DNA from: a virus
DNA: 64,000 nucleotides
Reading direction: 5' to 3' (one strand)
IMG/VR virus record: IMGVR_UViG_3300023179_000041
Coordinates: 32,001 to 96,000 of that record
Shown here: positions 21,312 to 32,000 of the stretch, one piece after another
How the letters are laid out: the number at the start of each line of letters is the position of its first letter
Numbering within the stretch: position 1 is the stretch's first letter
Translations under genes and position numbers: made by a program
The notes under the pieces: model-generated
Seen by the model: the letters and a program-made list of their open reading frames with translations, nothing else
What the model was told of the DNA's origin: nothing
The model's database searches: none

Positions 21312-23450
21312 ATGTCTACTCGCACCCGCATTCGTCGAATCCAGGCCATTGTTTGGCTGATTGCATTTACTGCGTCTCTTTTTACCTTTGTTAGTTTCCA
21401 GTCGCAGCGTGTCGTATTTGCCGACGATGAGCCAACAACAACGACGACGGTTTCCCCTACCACTACAGAGCCCACAACAACAACAGTTGAATCTACGACA
21501 ACAACTGTTGCCATAACTACGACTATTCCGGCGACTACAACTACGGTCGAATCAACTACGACCACTACGGTTTCGCCAACTACCACTATAGAACAAGTAA
21601 CTACGACTACTACGACTGTTCCGCCGACTACAACAACGACAACAGTCCCTCCAACAACAACTACTACCGTTCCCCAGCAAGTTACGTATACGGCTACGCA
21701 ATCAACGCGGGACTTTTACTTAGAAATTACAGAAGCGAGAACATTGACAATCAGGACATATGCGCAGTCGTTCGGCATTGACTCAATGTTGTGGCTCTAC
21801 AACTCAAGTAACACAATTCTTGCCGCAAACGACGACTGGTTCGGGCTGGATTCACATATTTCTATTCAACTTCAACCTGGCACATATCGACTTAGGGCTG
21901 GCGTTTGCTGCGGCAACCCGGATGCATGGTACGGAACTTCATACACAATCCAAGCGAATTCTGCATTGGCGCCTACGGCCGTTACGACTACTACGACTGT
22001 TCCGCCGACTACAACTACGACTACAACTACGACTACAACGACAACTACAACGACAACTACAAGTACTACGAGTACTACGAGTACAACTACTACGACTGTT
22101 CCAACAACTACGACTACGACTACGACTACGACTACGACAAGTACTACGAGTACGACTACTACGACTGTTTATGTAACTCCGCAGACTACGACGACGACCG
22201 CTCCTGTCGTGGAGACAACGCTTCCCCCGACAACAACTGTTCCTGAGCCAGAAGAGACTGCGCCTGAGACGACTGTTCCTGATGAGACTGAGACGACTGT
22301 TCCTGATGAAGCCGAAGAGCCTTCAACAACGACAACCACGATTTTAGAGCCTCAAGAAGAAGACGAAACAACAACAACAACAACGACTACTCCTGTTGAG
22401 ACTGACCCTGGTTTTGAGGCTGAGCCAGATGATGAACAGACCACTCCTCCTGACGAAGAAACAAAGACGCAAGAAGAGACACAGTCGACAGAACCAGAAA
22501 ACCCAGAAAGCCAAACAGAATCAGAATCTCCACAGGACGAAACTGTAACAGAAATAGTTGAAGGGCTTACTGAAGTTCTAGACGAAGATGCCTCGGCAGA
22601 AGATGTGACTGCTGCCGTTGAGGACGTCCTTGAATCAATCACGGATAAGGAAGAGGTAGCCGCCTTAGTCGAGGCAATTCTTGATGCAATCACGGAAGAT
22701 AAGCCTGTCGAGCAGTTGACCGAAGAAGATAAAGAAAAGATTGTAGCGGTGGTAGAAGCAGTCATAAGCGCCGGTATTGATTCTTCAGTCGCCTCAGAAC
22801 TGGCTTCTAGCGCTGCGGTTCTTGAGTCTGTTTCTGTTGACCAAGCCAAAACCATTTTTGCTTCAGTAGACGAAAGCGCCCTGACTGAAGAGGTTGCCGA
22901 ACAAATAGTTGACGCGGTGCAGGAAGCCCCCTCAGAGATTCGTGAAGTCTTTGAAGACGTCGTCAGCCTGTTCTCCGGCGCATTCGACTCCTATAAGATG
23001 CTCGGTTCAAATATCGATGTTGGGCAACGCCGAACAGTTGTTGCGGCAACTCTTCTAACTTCTGCCGGAGCGGCTTCGGCCATGCTCGGGACGTCTAGGC
23101 CCACCCCTAGCGGGTCTGCCCCGTCTAGTCCGAGCACACGGCAAGACACTGCGACTAGACGGGATGATGAGGAAGAATCTGAGCCTGCCGGCGAGATTGC
23201 TGGCGACGGTCTGGATTGGATTAGGAGTATAAGTATTTACAAATACGTAAATGGAGTAAAGGTTATGGACTGGAAAGCATTCATCAAAAAGTTTGTCTAC
23301 GGGTTGCTCAATATGGGCTTCACCATCGCTGGCTCCCTTGTTGTGTATTTAACTCTGTCTGGAGCCATTCAGAAGATTGCTGGCATCTCAACAGTTCTGG
23401 CAATCGCTGCCGCTCTATATTTGCACATGAAGGAGCCTGGAGAAGGCTGA
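21312..23450 (+). CDS. Exported/membrane-anchored Thr-rich mucin-like protein with PPC-like domain
   Basis: N-terminal signal/TM, poly-Thr tracts, IDSMLWLY...AANDD...PGTYRL domain, acidic helical region, two C-terminal TM helices. Confidence 0.75.
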   Translation: MSTRTRIRRIQAIVWLIAFTASLFTFVSFQSQRVVFADDEPTTTTTVSPTTTEPTTTTVESTTTTVAITTTIPATTTTVESTTTTTVSPTTTIEQVTTTTTTVPPTTTTTTVPPTTTTTVPQQVTYTATQSTRDFYLEITEARTLTIRTYAQSFGIDSMLWLYNSSNTILAANDDWFGLDSHISIQLQPGTYRLRAGVCCGNPDAWYGTSYTIQANSALAPTAVTTTTTVPPTTTTTTTTTTTTTTTTTTSTTSTTSTTTTTVPTTTTTTTTTTTTSTTSTTTTTVYVTPQTTTTTAPVVETTLPPTTTVPEPEETAPETTVPDETETTVPDEAEEPSTTTTTILEPQEEDETTTTTTTTPVETDPGFEAEPDDEQTTPPDEETKTQEETQSTEPENPESQTESESPQDETVTEIVEGLTEVLDEDASAEDVTAAVEDVLESITDKEEVAALVEAILDAITEDKPVEQLTEEDKEKIVAVVEAVISAGIDSSVASELASSAAVLESVSVDQAKTIFASVDESALTEEVAEQIVDAVQEAPSEIREVFEDVVSLFSGAFDSYKMLGSNIDVGQRRTVVAATLLTSAGAASAMLGTSRPTPSGSAPSSPSTRQDTATRRDDEEESEPAGEIAGDGLDWIRSISIYKYVNGVKVMDWKAFIKKFVYGLLNMGFTIAGSLVVYLTLSGAIQKIAGISTVLAIAAALYLHMKEPGEG
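21985..22200 (+). repeat. Trinucleotide/hexanucleotide simple repeats (ACT/ACG/ACA) encoding poly-Thr
   Basis: e.g. acgactacgactacgactacgactacg near 22110-22137. Confidence 0.85.
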
Positions 23451-23499
23451 TTCGCGCTAGACTAATCGCACCAAATAACCACAACCCAAAGAGGTGCAA

Positions 23500-23964
23500 A
23501 TGCAAGCAGAACAAGACGTCCTAGACATGGCCAAGCGCGAGTGCAAAGGCTTGGCAACAGACGAAGAAATTGCATGGCTTCACGATGACGAGAACAGATT
23601 GGCTTGGTGCCACGCGCTAATCACTGCCCTGTCCGACAGCGAATCTCAAGTTGTATTTCACAAAAGCCGAATTGATATGATGGCTAAGGATGTCGAACTT
23701 GGGATTAAAGATGCAAACGATTACTACGAGGAAAAGCAAAAATTTGACGAGTGGGTTCGCAAGTCTCAGCGATACCGCAACGGCATCAGCAAAAGGCTTT
23801 CTGAAGTCAAGACCATCCTTGCAGATACGGATGGGTTGGACCTTGTCGAGGAAAACGCCAAACTTGTCAAGGCAATCCTTGAGCACAAGCGTGCTTCTTT
23901 TGATGGCGAATATACAGCCGAGCCGCACGACATAAAACTATGGTCGGTGATTCCAAGCCGGTAA
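23500..23964 (+). CDS. Hypothetical helical protein
   Basis: GAGGTG RBS; coiled-coil-like ORF. Confidence 0.6.
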   Translation: MQAEQDVLDMAKRECKGLATDEEIAWLHDDENRLAWCHALITALSDSESQVVFHKSRIDMMAKDVELGIKDANDYYEEKQKFDEWVRKSQRYRNGISKRLSEVKTILADTDGLDLVEENAKLVKAILEHKRASFDGEYTAEPHDIKLWSVIPSR

Positions 23965-26132
23965 TTGCTTACGACGTAGAGCCGTTAGCAAGAGCGTTTA
24001 GAAAAATCGCAGCCCTTTGCGATGGCGCAACTGAACAAGATGGAGTTGGCTTTAGTAAGGCTGATTCGCGGTTTGGCGCTCTTGTTGCACTTCTCCCAAG
24101 CAACAAGTGGTCTCCGGCAGTCACATACGTTGCATGGACCATTCTTGCAAACTATGGCTCGCAATTAAAACGTAACGGAATTGATTACGACTCGATTATT
24201 CCACCACCACGACCTGATACATACGCTGGCGCAGACACGGTTTCTCTGATATCTCAATTGCGGCAGAAGGGCGTAAATAGGGTTTCGACAAACGGAGAAT
24301 TGTTTGCAATCGAATGCGAGTATGACGAGCAACTAATTGGAGAATTACAGAAAATAAAAGGTATTGCCTGGAATCCCGAGGCAAGTATGTGGTTGGCCCC
24401 GCTTTCGAGTAGCGAGCAAGTAGCATCTCTTATAAGCCAATACAAATTCAATACAACAAAGGAACTTGACGAAATGGCTATCGTTCCAACAATCCCAACA
24501 CAATCGGTTGACCGCTCGATAACCGTATCAAAAGGTGGGCGATTAATTTTCCAATTTCCATACGACCAAGACATAGTTGCAGAAATCAAGCAATTAAATG
24601 GGCGACTTTGGGACGTTAAAAAAAAGGTGTGGACCGCACCACCATCACTTACCGCTGTGGAGATTGCAGACAAATACGGCTTTGCGATTTCTCAGTCTCT
24701 TCGCGACTCATTGCTGAAAGCAGCAAAGCGCGAGACGGAACTTCTTGAAGCCTCAACCTCCACTGATGCGGAAGTTGAAATCCCGACTCTCTCTGGCACG
24801 CTGATGCCGTATCAAAGGGCTGGCGTTGCGTATGCATCTTCTGTCGGCAGATGCCTTATCGCAGACCAGATGGGTCTTGGCAAGACGGTTGAGGCGATAG
24901 CAACGCTTGAGGCAAAAGATGCGTTTCCTGCGGTCGTCGTTTGCCCCGCATCCCTTAAGGAGAACTGGCGCCGCGAGTTTGCAAAATGGCTTCCCCACAG
25001 AACGGTAAATGTCGTATCTGGAAAGACTGATATTGTTGCCTGCGATGTGAACGTAGTGAACTATGACATTCTGTATAAGTTTGTCGAGCCAATCCAGCAC
25101 TTGGGACCGAATGGGCTAATCCTTGATGAATCACATTATGTAAAAAATGCTACGTCTAAACGAACTAAGGCGGCAAAAGAAATAGCGTCATCGATTGGCA
25201 ACTCTGGTGCGGTTCTGCTGTTGTCTGGAACCCCAGTTATGAACCGTCCATCCGAACTGGTTTCTCAGTTGGAAATAATGGGGATGCTGAGCAGATTCGG
25301 CGGCAAATGGGCATTCTTGAAACGCTATGCGGCAGCGCACCATAACGGTTTCGGTTGGGATACTGGCGGCGCAAGCAATCTCATTGAACTCAATACAAAA
25401 CTCAGGCAGAACTGTTATATCCGCAGAACAAAAGATGAGGTGCTTCAGGAACTCCCGGACAAAGTTAGAAACGTGGTGCATCTTGACGCTTCTGGTCCGG
25501 GTTTTAGGGAGTATAGGAATGCAGAAAATGACCTAGTTTCTTTTCTTATGGCAAACGGATACAAAGCAAAAGATTCATCAGAACATCTGGCAAGAACACA
25601 AGTTCTGAAGCGTTTGGCTGCATTGGCAAAAATGGATGCTGTCGAGGAGTGGATTGACTCATTTCTTGAATCGTGCGACCGCAAACTTGTCGTGTTTGCA
25701 CACAACGTAGACATTGTGGACCACTTGTCTGATAAGTACGGCGGCTTGCGAGTTTCTGGACGAGACAGCCTTGAAGAACGTCAGCACGCAGTTGACGCAT
25801 TTCAAAATAACCCAAAAGCGCGTGTGATTATATTGAACCTGCAGGCTGGTGGAGTTGGTATTACATTGACCGCCGGTTCTGATGTTGTTTTTGTGCAGAT
25901 GGGCTGGACTCCGGGCGAACACGACCAAGCGGAAGACCGTTGCCACCGAATCGGCCAGAAAAACAACGTTCAAGCATGGTACTTGCTTGCAGCAGACACG
26001 ATTGATGAAGATATCTACGACCTTGTTGACACAAAGAGAAAAGTTGTTGATGCCGTTACCGAAGGCGACGAAGTGGAACAACAATCAGTTGTAAAAGATT
26101 TAATGAAGCGGCTTCTAGCAAAAGCAGAATAA
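23940..26132 (+). CDS. SNF2-family helicase, SMARCAL1/HARP-like
   Basis: ADQMGLGKT, DESH, LSGTP, QAEDRCHRIGQ; two N-terminal HARP-like repeats (YD..LI.EL....G..W.....W). Confidence 0.9.
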   Translation: MVGDSKPVIAYDVEPLARAFRKIAALCDGATEQDGVGFSKADSRFGALVALLPSNKWSPAVTYVAWTILANYGSQLKRNGIDYDSIIPPPRPDTYAGADTVSLISQLRQKGVNRVSTNGELFAIECEYDEQLIGELQKIKGIAWNPEASMWLAPLSSSEQVASLISQYKFNTTKELDEMAIVPTIPTQSVDRSITVSKGGRLIFQFPYDQDIVAEIKQLNGRLWDVKKKVWTAPPSLTAVEIADKYGFAISQSLRDSLLKAAKRETELLEASTSTDAEVEIPTLSGTLMPYQRAGVAYASSVGRCLIADQMGLGKTVEAIATLEAKDAFPAVVVCPASLKENWRREFAKWLPHRTVNVVSGKTDIVACDVNVVNYDILYKFVEPIQHLGPNGLILDESHYVKNATSKRTKAAKEIASSIGNSGAVLLLSGTPVMNRPSELVSQLEIMGMLSRFGGKWAFLKRYAAAHHNGFGWDTGGASNLIELNTKLRQNCYIRRTKDEVLQELPDKVRNVVHLDASGPGFREYRNAENDLVSFLMANGYKAKDSSEHLARTQVLKRLAALAKMDAVEEWIDSFLESCDRKLVVFAHNVDIVDHLSDKYGGLRVSGRDSLEERQHAVDAFQNNPKARVIILNLQAGGVGITLTAGSDVVFVQMGWTPGEHDQAEDRCHRIGQKNNVQAWYLLAADTIDEDIYDLVDTKRKVVDAVTEGDEVEQQSVVKDLMKRLLAKAE

Positions 26133-26207
26133 TAAAGACCTTAGTCAGACTATACGACTCCTTGGTTGAGACTGTTGGTGGCAAAAGCCATCAACAAAGG
26201 AGTCATC

Positions 26208-26417
26208 ATGGACAAAAAGACCCAGACACTCGACCAAGTTGTTAAGGGCGGCGCTCTTGGCGTCGTTGTTTATCTTTGCGATAAGTACAGCGTCGACGCG
26301 ACATTGACTGCTCTTTTGATGCCGCTTGCTGCTGCCGTTTTTGCTTGGGCAAGCACCAAGGTCGGTGACCCATCGGTTGCTTCATTCCTTGCAAAGAAGG
26401 AGCAGGCCAAGAAATAG
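26208..26417 (+). CDS. Small two-TM membrane protein (holin-like)
   Basis: AAGGAG RBS; two hydrophobic segments and basic C-terminus; upstream of lysin. Confidence 0.5.
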   Translation: MDKKTQTLDQVVKGGALGVVVYLCDKYSVDATLTALLMPLAAAVFAWASTKVGDPSVASFLAKKEQAKK

Positions 26418-26434
26418 GTATCGCTACCTCGGAC

Positions 26435-26473
26435 GTGTGCGCCCAGTGCGTAAACACTCCGCTGGGCGCACAC
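26435..26473 (+). terminator. Strong intergenic hairpin
   Basis: GTGTGCGCCCAG-N15-CTGGGCGCACAC perfect 12-bp stem. Confidence 0.5.
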
Positions 26474-26488
26474 TCTGGCTGAAAGAAT

Positions 26489-26737
26489 ATGGACCTCATC
26501 AAAAACGTACTTTTGCGAATCATCGCGACATTCGTCGTGACTGGCCTTGGAGTTATTGGCGCAGGCACCATTGCTGGCGTGTCGATAGAAAAGGCAATAT
26601 TTATGGCCGGAATCGGCGGCGTGGCAAATGTGCTTGAAGGTCTTGCTCGCGCATTTTTGACTGATGGCAAGTTGTCTGAAGACGAGGTCAATGCTGTCTT
26701 TTCAAAAATCGAACAAGAAAATCCAGCAGAGCAATAG
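26489..26737 (+). CDS. Holin
   Basis: Two TM segments, DGKLSEDEVN C-terminus, directly before endolysin. Confidence 0.65.
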   Translation: MDLIKNVLLRIIATFVVTGLGVIGAGTIAGVSIEKAIFMAGIGGVANVLEGLARAFLTDGKLSEDEVNAVFSKIEQENPAEQ

Positions 26738-26746
26738 GAGATACAG

Positions 26747-27601
26747 ATGTCAGAACTGTACATTGATAAATTGACCCCGCCAAAAGATGTTGCTGGTCAT
26801 AAACCTGGAAAACTCCCGGATGGTCTGCTTTCAAAAGTTGACGGTGGACGTTTGCACTGGCTTGCTGCGAACGCCTGGAAAGCGCTCAAGGCCGCTGCCG
26901 CTGCAGAAGGAATTGAACTGAAGCCAACATCTGCTGGCGACTTGTATCGTTCTTATGATGCACAACTCAAAGTCTTTCTTGAGCGTTACACAAAAGAGCC
27001 GAATGGGAACAGCACTCGCACATTTGAAGGTGTGAAGTGGTACAAGAAGTCTGAAAAACTGGCCAGCCTTGCCGCGCCAGGTACCTCTCAGCACAACAGC
27101 GGATTGGCAGTAGACGTTCATACCGCAAGCGGCGAACGTCTTAAGTGGATGATTGCAAACTGCCGCAAGTTTGGGTGGAGTTGGGAAGTTGTTCCAGAAG
27201 AGCCATGGCACATCCGTTATACGCAAGGCGATAATGTCCCAGAAGCAGTGAAGGCATGGATGGACGCAAATCCAGCAGAGGTCTGCAAGGCCGGCGAGGT
27301 CACTGCTCCGGCAGAACAGCCCAAACCAGCACCTGCTGCTGCAGCACCTGCTGGAGATGTAGATGCTGCCGTGAAGCGCGGAAAGACAAATGCTGCCACG
27401 AATCCAGTTCTGCAACTTGGCGCAAAAGGTGGTACGGTTCGCACCCTCCAGCAACTGCTCAATAAAGCAGGAGTCAAGTGCGCGACCGATGGAGACTTCG
27501 GTCCGAAGACAGAAGCCGCAGTAAAAGAATTCCAGAAGAAAGTTGGTCTGGAAGAAACCGGCATCGTCAATCACAAGACGTGGGCAAAAGTAAATCCGTA
27601 G
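26747..27601 (+). CDS. Endolysin: M15 (VanY-like) peptidase + peptidoglycan-binding domain
   Basis: YRSYDAQ, PGTSQH..GLAVD, EPWH; C-terminal LQQLLN...DGDFGPKTEAAVKEFQ...TGIV..KTW. Confidence 0.9.
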   Translation: MSELYIDKLTPPKDVAGHKPGKLPDGLLSKVDGGRLHWLAANAWKALKAAAAAEGIELKPTSAGDLYRSYDAQLKVFLERYTKEPNGNSTRTFEGVKWYKKSEKLASLAAPGTSQHNSGLAVDVHTASGERLKWMIANCRKFGWSWEVVPEEPWHIRYTQGDNVPEAVKAWMDANPAEVCKAGEVTAPAEQPKPAPAAAAPAGDVDAAVKRGKTNAATNPVLQLGAKGGTVRTLQQLLNKAGVKCATDGDFGPKTEAAVKEFQKKVGLEETGIVNHKTWAKVNP

Positions 27602-27686
27602 AGAATACTTCGTCTATACATACAAACCTGTGAGACTTTACCCGTTCGCGAAAGCGAACAACTAGCAGAACAAAGGAGTCATAACA

Positions 27687-28244
27687 ATGGCTGCATCAAC
27701 ATCCACAATCTCATTTGACGTTCACGACTGCAAGGTCTACCCCGTCACAGCAGATGCCACTGGTGGCATCACCTACGGCGCAGCCGTTGACGTTCCTGGT
27801 ATCCAGGAAGTCTCGGTCGAGCCGAACTTCATCTCGGTTGAGTTGAAGGGTGACGGAAAGGTCCTTGCCAAGAAGGGCAAGGTCGACCGTCTCAACTTCT
27901 CCGCAACATACAGCGAACTGAGCCTCGATGTTCTCGCAGCCATCTTCGGTGGTTCGACAACAACAGCAGGCAGTGGCTCGGCTGAGTCTGCATCGTACGA
28001 GTTCGATGGCGACAGCCTTCCGTACTTCAAGATTGAAGTCTTGGTCAATGACCTTGAGTCTGAACTTGCCGAGATGGTCTTCACGCTGAACAAGTGCCAG
28101 ATTACTGGTGGCACGATTATGTCTGGCTCGACAGACAACTTCTCGACACCATCGTTTGACGCCGAGGCAATCCTCCCGATTGCAACTGGTGTCGGCTTTG
28201 GCAAGGTCACGCTCCGCGAGGCCGCTTCGGGTCTTACCGCCTAA
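27687..28244 (+). CDS. Major tail protein
   Basis: YGAAVDVPG..EVSVEP...LKGD; strong RBS, biased codon usage, followed by terminator, chaperones and tape measure. Confidence 0.85.
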   Translation: MAASTSTISFDVHDCKVYPVTADATGGITYGAAVDVPGIQEVSVEPNFISVELKGDGKVLAKKGKVDRLNFSATYSELSLDVLAAIFGGSTTTAGSGSAESASYEFDGDSLPYFKIEVLVNDLESELAEMVFTLNKCQITGGTIMSGSTDNFSTPSFDAEAILPIATGVGFGKVTLREAASGLTA

Positions 28245-28269
28245 TAACTGAATAGTTCTGCTGGCGCCT

Positions 28270-28320
28270 ACGCCAGTCTTGGGGATGTGTGTGACCCCAA
28301 GGCTGGCGTTTGCGCGTTTG
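28270..28320 (+). terminator. Intrinsic terminator after major tail gene
   Basis: ACGCCAGTCTTGGGG-N10-CCCCAAGGCTGGCGT then TTGCGCGTTT. Confidence 0.65.
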
Positions 28321-28344
28321 TGACCGTGTATGTATGCTGTGTGC

Positions 28345-28875
28345 ATGGACTATACACCGCTAGTACTCAAGAACAAAGGCGTTCCCTGCCTCTTTGCAAA
28401 GACAACCAAAACTGGACCAGCAGAAGAGGATTGGACAAGACAAACAACAGAAGAAGGTGAGCCAATCACAGAAACAATTCATGTCAGATTTACAAATAAC
28501 TCAATTTCTGACATTGAAGAATTTTTTGGCAACCTTGAAAAATGGCAAGAAAGCCTTGAGCAGAAGCCATACAACACACTTAGGCAGACACTTGCTTTTG
28601 CCTTGAAGCGCTCAATTTATGATATTGGCGAAGCGATGCTCGACGGTGAAATAGTTGGCTACTCAAATGTGATAGGAACGGCTTGGTCAATCGCCAATGG
28701 CGTGGACCCTATCGTGGCGAGTCGAATGCTCAGCCAGACAATCGCACTCGCCGAAGAAAACAAAAAGCGTCTAGCCGAAAGTCTGGCTCAAGCACTACCG
28801 GATTTGCAGACTGGAAACAGTGGCTCGGACTCTGGGCCCAAACGGGCCAACCGCTCAAAGAATTCTGGGAACTAA
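28345..28875 (+). CDS. Tail assembly chaperone (G)
   Basis: Between major tail and tape measure genes; VRFTNNSISDIEE motif. Confidence 0.75.
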   Translation: MDYTPLVLKNKGVPCLFAKTTKTGPAEEDWTRQTTEEGEPITETIHVRFTNNSISDIEEFFGNLEKWQESLEQKPYNTLRQTLAFALKRSIYDIGEAMLDGEIVGYSNVIGTAWSIANGVDPIVASRMLSQTIALAEENKKRLAESLAQALPDLQTGNSGSDSGPKRANRSKNSGN

Positions 28876-28988
28876 GTCCAGCGCAACTAGCCGTTGTTTT
28901 TGAATCGCGCGGCTGGATGAAACAGCGCGCTGGCCAAGAGCAACTTATGTCTTTTGCTGCCCAGATGGGGCTGAAGATAGAAAAGTAA
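28800..28988 (+). CDS. Tail assembly chaperone GT extension (-1 frame; start is approximate shift point)
   Basis: -1 frame reads DWKQWLGLWAQTGQPLKEFWELSPAQL, typical of T segments; no own RBS/start. Confidence 0.65.
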   Translation, partial: GFADWKQWLGLWAQTGQPLKEFWELSPAQLAVVFESRGWMKQRAGQEQLMSFAAQMGLKIEK

Positions 28989-29036
28989 GGCTTTTCGCAA
29001 ATTTGACATTTCTGCGGGTTGTGGAAAAATATTTAT

Positions 29037-32000
29037 ATGCCTGCAGCATCGAGTGGTGGTGTAACGCCCCTTAGCGTACAAATAAAAATCACCACAACTG
29101 GTGTAAGCGCCGCAGCAAGAGGGATGGGTGCTGTTGGCAAGGCTGGCGGTTCAATGAGCAGGTCGCTTGCCGCAAGTTCAATATCTACAAGAACTCTTGG
29201 CGATGCAATGCGAATGACAGCAACCCTTATGAAATACACGGTTGTTGGCGCATTTATGAATGCTGGGAAACAAGCAATCCAAATGCAGAGACAGTTTGAG
29301 GTGGCGTTTTCTCGGATTAAGGGCTTGGTCGTTGTTGGCGGAGACAGCGTCGACAAAATGCGAGAAAAGGTTCTCTCTCTTGCTGGAGAAACCACAAGAG
29401 CGCCATTGGAACTTGCTGATGCCCTTTATTACATCACCTCTGCCGGCATCAAAGACGCAAGTACGGCGATGGAAGTTCTTGAGTCTTCAGCGAAAGCGGC
29501 AGCAGCAGGTCTTGGAACAACCAATACCGTTGCCGACGCAATCACCTCTACATTGAATGCGTACGGACAGGAAAATTACTCTGCGGCCAAAGCCACCGAC
29601 ATCCTTGTTGCCACCGTGCGTGAAGGTAAAGCAGAAGCCGATACATTTGCTCCTGCACTTGGTAAGGTTCTGCCAGTTGCTGCGGCATACGGTGCATCGT
29701 TTGAAGACGTATCTGCCGCAATCGCTGCCCTATCAAGAGGCGGTTTGTCTGCAGGAACGGCAGCCATCTATGTTCGTCAAACCCTGTCTCAGTTGCTTAA
29801 GCCATCAAAGCAAGCGCAAGAAGTTCTTGCAGGTGTTGGGACCAACGCAGACGAAATTCGCAAGAACATCCAAGAAAAAGGTTTGTTCCCAGCCCTTATG
29901 GAGTTGAGAGACCAACTTGGCGGTATTGAAAATGCTGCAGACTTTACAAAAGTCTTTGGAAACGTTCGCGCCCTAACCGCAGTTTTATCATTGGTCGGTC
30001 CTGCTGCCGAAGACAATGCAAAAATCTTTGAGCGCATGCAATCTGCCACTGGAGACTTGGACTACGCATTTGCTGCTTACGCAGACACAACAGATGCACA
30101 GTTCAACAAAGCAATGGCAGAACAGCAGGCAGCCTTAATTAAACTCGGCGAAGCCCTTAAGCCAGTCATAACAACGTTGCTAAAACTCGGAACTGCAATA
30201 TCAAAAACCCTCGGCGCATTTGTTGGGACTGGATTTGGTAAGGGATTTGCGCGCGTCGCTGCCGGTGCCGTTCTAGCGATTGCTGCTCTTTCAACGGTAA
30301 TGAAAACAATGTCTGCCCTTATTCGATTGGGTTCAAACTTAAACATCACATTGTTTGGAACTCAATTTAGATATAACGCAACAACTGGCGCCATTACAAA
30401 ATATACAACTGGCACAATTACAGCGGCAACAGCAACTGGAACAATGACCAGGTCGGTTGGCGCATGGACTGTGGCAAATGGATTCTTGGCAGGTTCAATC
30501 AGGCTCGTTGCTCTTTCCATGAATTTCTTGACCAAATCAATGACCTATATTATTCCTGTTTTGACTATTGGTTTGATGTTATTCGAAGGTTTCAAGTTTA
30601 TTGCCGGAATGTTCAATAGGGGCAAAGATGGTGCTGATTCACTTGGTCAAAGTGTTGGAAAACTTAACACATTGCTCGATGAAACCGTTAAATACGGAAG
30701 GTCAAACCTTGTATTTGACGTAACAATTAACACAGATAACGCCAATTCAATGGAGGCAATTAAGCGATTGCGTGACGAAATTGAAGAACAATCGCCGAAC
30801 CTATTGCCGGACTTCAAGAACCTTGTCACAAAACAGGGCGCAGAAGCAGGAGCCCTTTATATCCAGTCAATGCTTGACACCGCATTTGCAGGAAATACAA
30901 AAGAGTTCAAAGACACGTTTGTGCAAATGATGCTCTCGGTCCGGCCAGATGTGGCCGCTGCTTTTAAAGAACTTGGCAGCAGCGTTGACTACGACGAAGC
31001 ATTTGGTGACCCGGTTACTAACGCCGAAACATTCCAGGCCCTTGCATCTGCCGTGGCAAGTGGAGGGGATGTTATATCCAGAGCATCGATTAAGGCAGGC
31101 GATGGGCTTGAATCGTTCATTAAAAAAGTTACAGATACTGAAATGGACCAACATGCCGAAAGAAGCAAGGAGGCATTGGGCGCATATGGTCAGGCATTTA
31201 CTGACACAATTCAAAACACCGGACAACTTAATCCACTTGTTGCAAATATTAAAAAGTGGCAAGCATATTTTGAATCTGCTGGCACCAATTCTACCGAACA
31301 AGCCGAAATCATTTCTCAAATTGTTGGACCGGCACTTACAGGTCTAACTGGAGATTTAGACCTTGTTGCAGATTCGACTGGAAACTTTAGGAATGTGTTC
31401 CTAAAGACTGCCAATGAGACTGCTGCCATAAAGTTTATCGAAAATACATTTGGCGTTGAAGGAGCACGCGCTCTAGAAATTCTTGAGGTTTTGCGCGACA
31501 GAATGAGAGCAATCCCAGAAGGTGCAGAAGGTGCAGCACAATCTGCACAAGTTCTTGTTGATGCCCTTGGTGAAATGAAAGTTAAAGCAGAAGATGTTGT
31601 TTATAGCGTTTATGACCTTGATACTGCGGTAACTGCTCTTGGCGACCGTTTTTCTGAAGGTCTGCATCCAGAAGTGCAGGGCCTCGTTGATGATTTTGAT
31701 GCCGCTCAAGCGGCGCTCAAGAATTTCCAAAGAGGCCAAGAAGCCCTTATGGGCGTCACAAGGGGAATGACAGAAGCACAAATTGACTTCCGTGACTCAA
31801 TGCGAGGTTTTAGGGAAGACGCAGCGGCTGCCGGTGGAGACCTTTTCTCCGGAAGCGCCAATGCCGATAAAGCCCAAGAGGGCCTCCTTGACGCAATGGA
31901 CAGCGTCCTCGAAGTGGTGAATCAGTTTGCCCTTAAGGGAGATGAGGCTGGAGCCACACGTGCGCTGGGTGAGGGAATCGCTCGAATTGTCGGAGACGGG

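Noticed and set aside
21905-22246. Tyr/Asp/Asn-rich ORF (YDYNY...) and antisense Val-rich ORFs
   Set aside because: Alternative-frame shadows of the poly-Thr codon repeats.
26831-28346. Long antisense ORFs (247 aa, 211 aa) over lysin and major tail genes
   Set aside because: Expected from biased codon usage of the sense genes; no RBS or recognisable motifs.
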